Part shown: one piece after another, positions 63,611 through 64,000 of the stretch
Layout of the letters: every line of letters starts with the position of its first letter
Numbering within the stretch: position 1 is the first letter of the stretch
Assembly (NCBI GenBank): GCA_943788985.1
Contig: CALSSJ010000013.1
Span: forward strand, 1 to 64,000
DNA from: an uncultured Lentisphaerales bacterium
GTDB lineage: Bacteria > Verrucomicrobiota > Lentisphaeria > JABSQK01 > UBA12247
DNA: 64,000 nt
Direction: 5' to 3'
The notes under the pieces: generated by a model
What the model saw: the letters and a program-made list of their open reading frames with translations, nothing else
What the model was told of the DNA's origin: nothing
Database searches by the model: none
Program-made: the position numbers and the translations under genes

Positions 63611-64000
63611 ATGCGAGTGAATGCCCACATACAAGCGATCGGAACCGCAGTGCCCCCATGGCGCTACGATCAGCTCGAACTGGCAACCAGCCTCGCAACA
63701 ATCCTGGGCGTTCCAAGGTCGAGCCGGATCCTAGCAGAGCTTGCCCGAAATACGGCAATAGCGAGCCGCTACTCCGTACTGCCCGACTTCTCGCCTACCT
63801 GCCAAGAGCCTCTGCTCTATGGCCAGGAAGCTCCTACCACCGCGACCCGCAATCGGATCTATGAGCAGTTGGCCGCACCACTAGCCGCCCGGGCCGCCAG
63901 TGCAACCCTTGCCAGCGCCAAAATCTCGGCCTGCGAGGTCACTCACCTAATTACCGTCTCCTGTACTGGCTTCTCTGCACCAGGCATCGATGTCGGCCTG
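63611..64000 (+). CDS. Type III polyketide synthase (runs off window)
   Basis: Manual translation: AHIQAIGTAVP..SRYSVLPDF..PTTATRNRIY..THLITVSCTGFSAPGID. Confidence 0.88.
   Translation, partial: MRVNAHIQAIGTAVPPWRYDQLELATSLATILGVPRSSRILAELARNTAIASRYSVLPDFSPTCQEPLLYGQEAPTTATRNRIYEQLAAPLAARAASATLASAKISACEVTHLITVSCTGFSAPGIDVGL

Overview
A GC-rich bacterial chromosome segment, most likely from the PVC superphylum (Lentisphaerae/Verrucomicrobia-like). The basis is two PVC-type heme-binding proteins, sulfatases, DUF1080 domains and a prepilin-type/H-X9-DG-like gene. Intact core content: a compact Tad/Flp operon (cpaB, FHA-cpaF, tadB, tadC, DUF192), clpS-clpA, tRNA-Thr(TGT), grxB, a parvulin PPIase, thiC, an MntR/DtxR regulator, xseA, ccsA-hemA, mutL, slyX and the start of a type III PKS. 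The window appears to contain the replication terminus: a 28-bp XerC/XerD dif site at 45648-45675, with KOPS (GGGNAGGG) polarity flipping across it and DnaA-box-like and IHF-like motifs beside it. Non-coding signals missing from the ORF track include a 6S-RNA-like rod upstream of ccsA-hemA, a 275-bp MITE with a TTA target duplication (plus two partial copies), a poly-G tract between -35 and -10 of a secreted LamG protein promoter, an attC-like remnant and REP-like hairpins. Many carbohydrate genes are truly decayed (GT2, GH2, two GH36 pieces, three sulfatase pieces), and there are IS4 and IS1634 remnants. Separately, a few otherwise intact genes carry single +1 homopolymer frameshifts that are probably sequencing errors. 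No CRISPR array or rRNA was seen. All calls come from reading by eye; no database searches were run.
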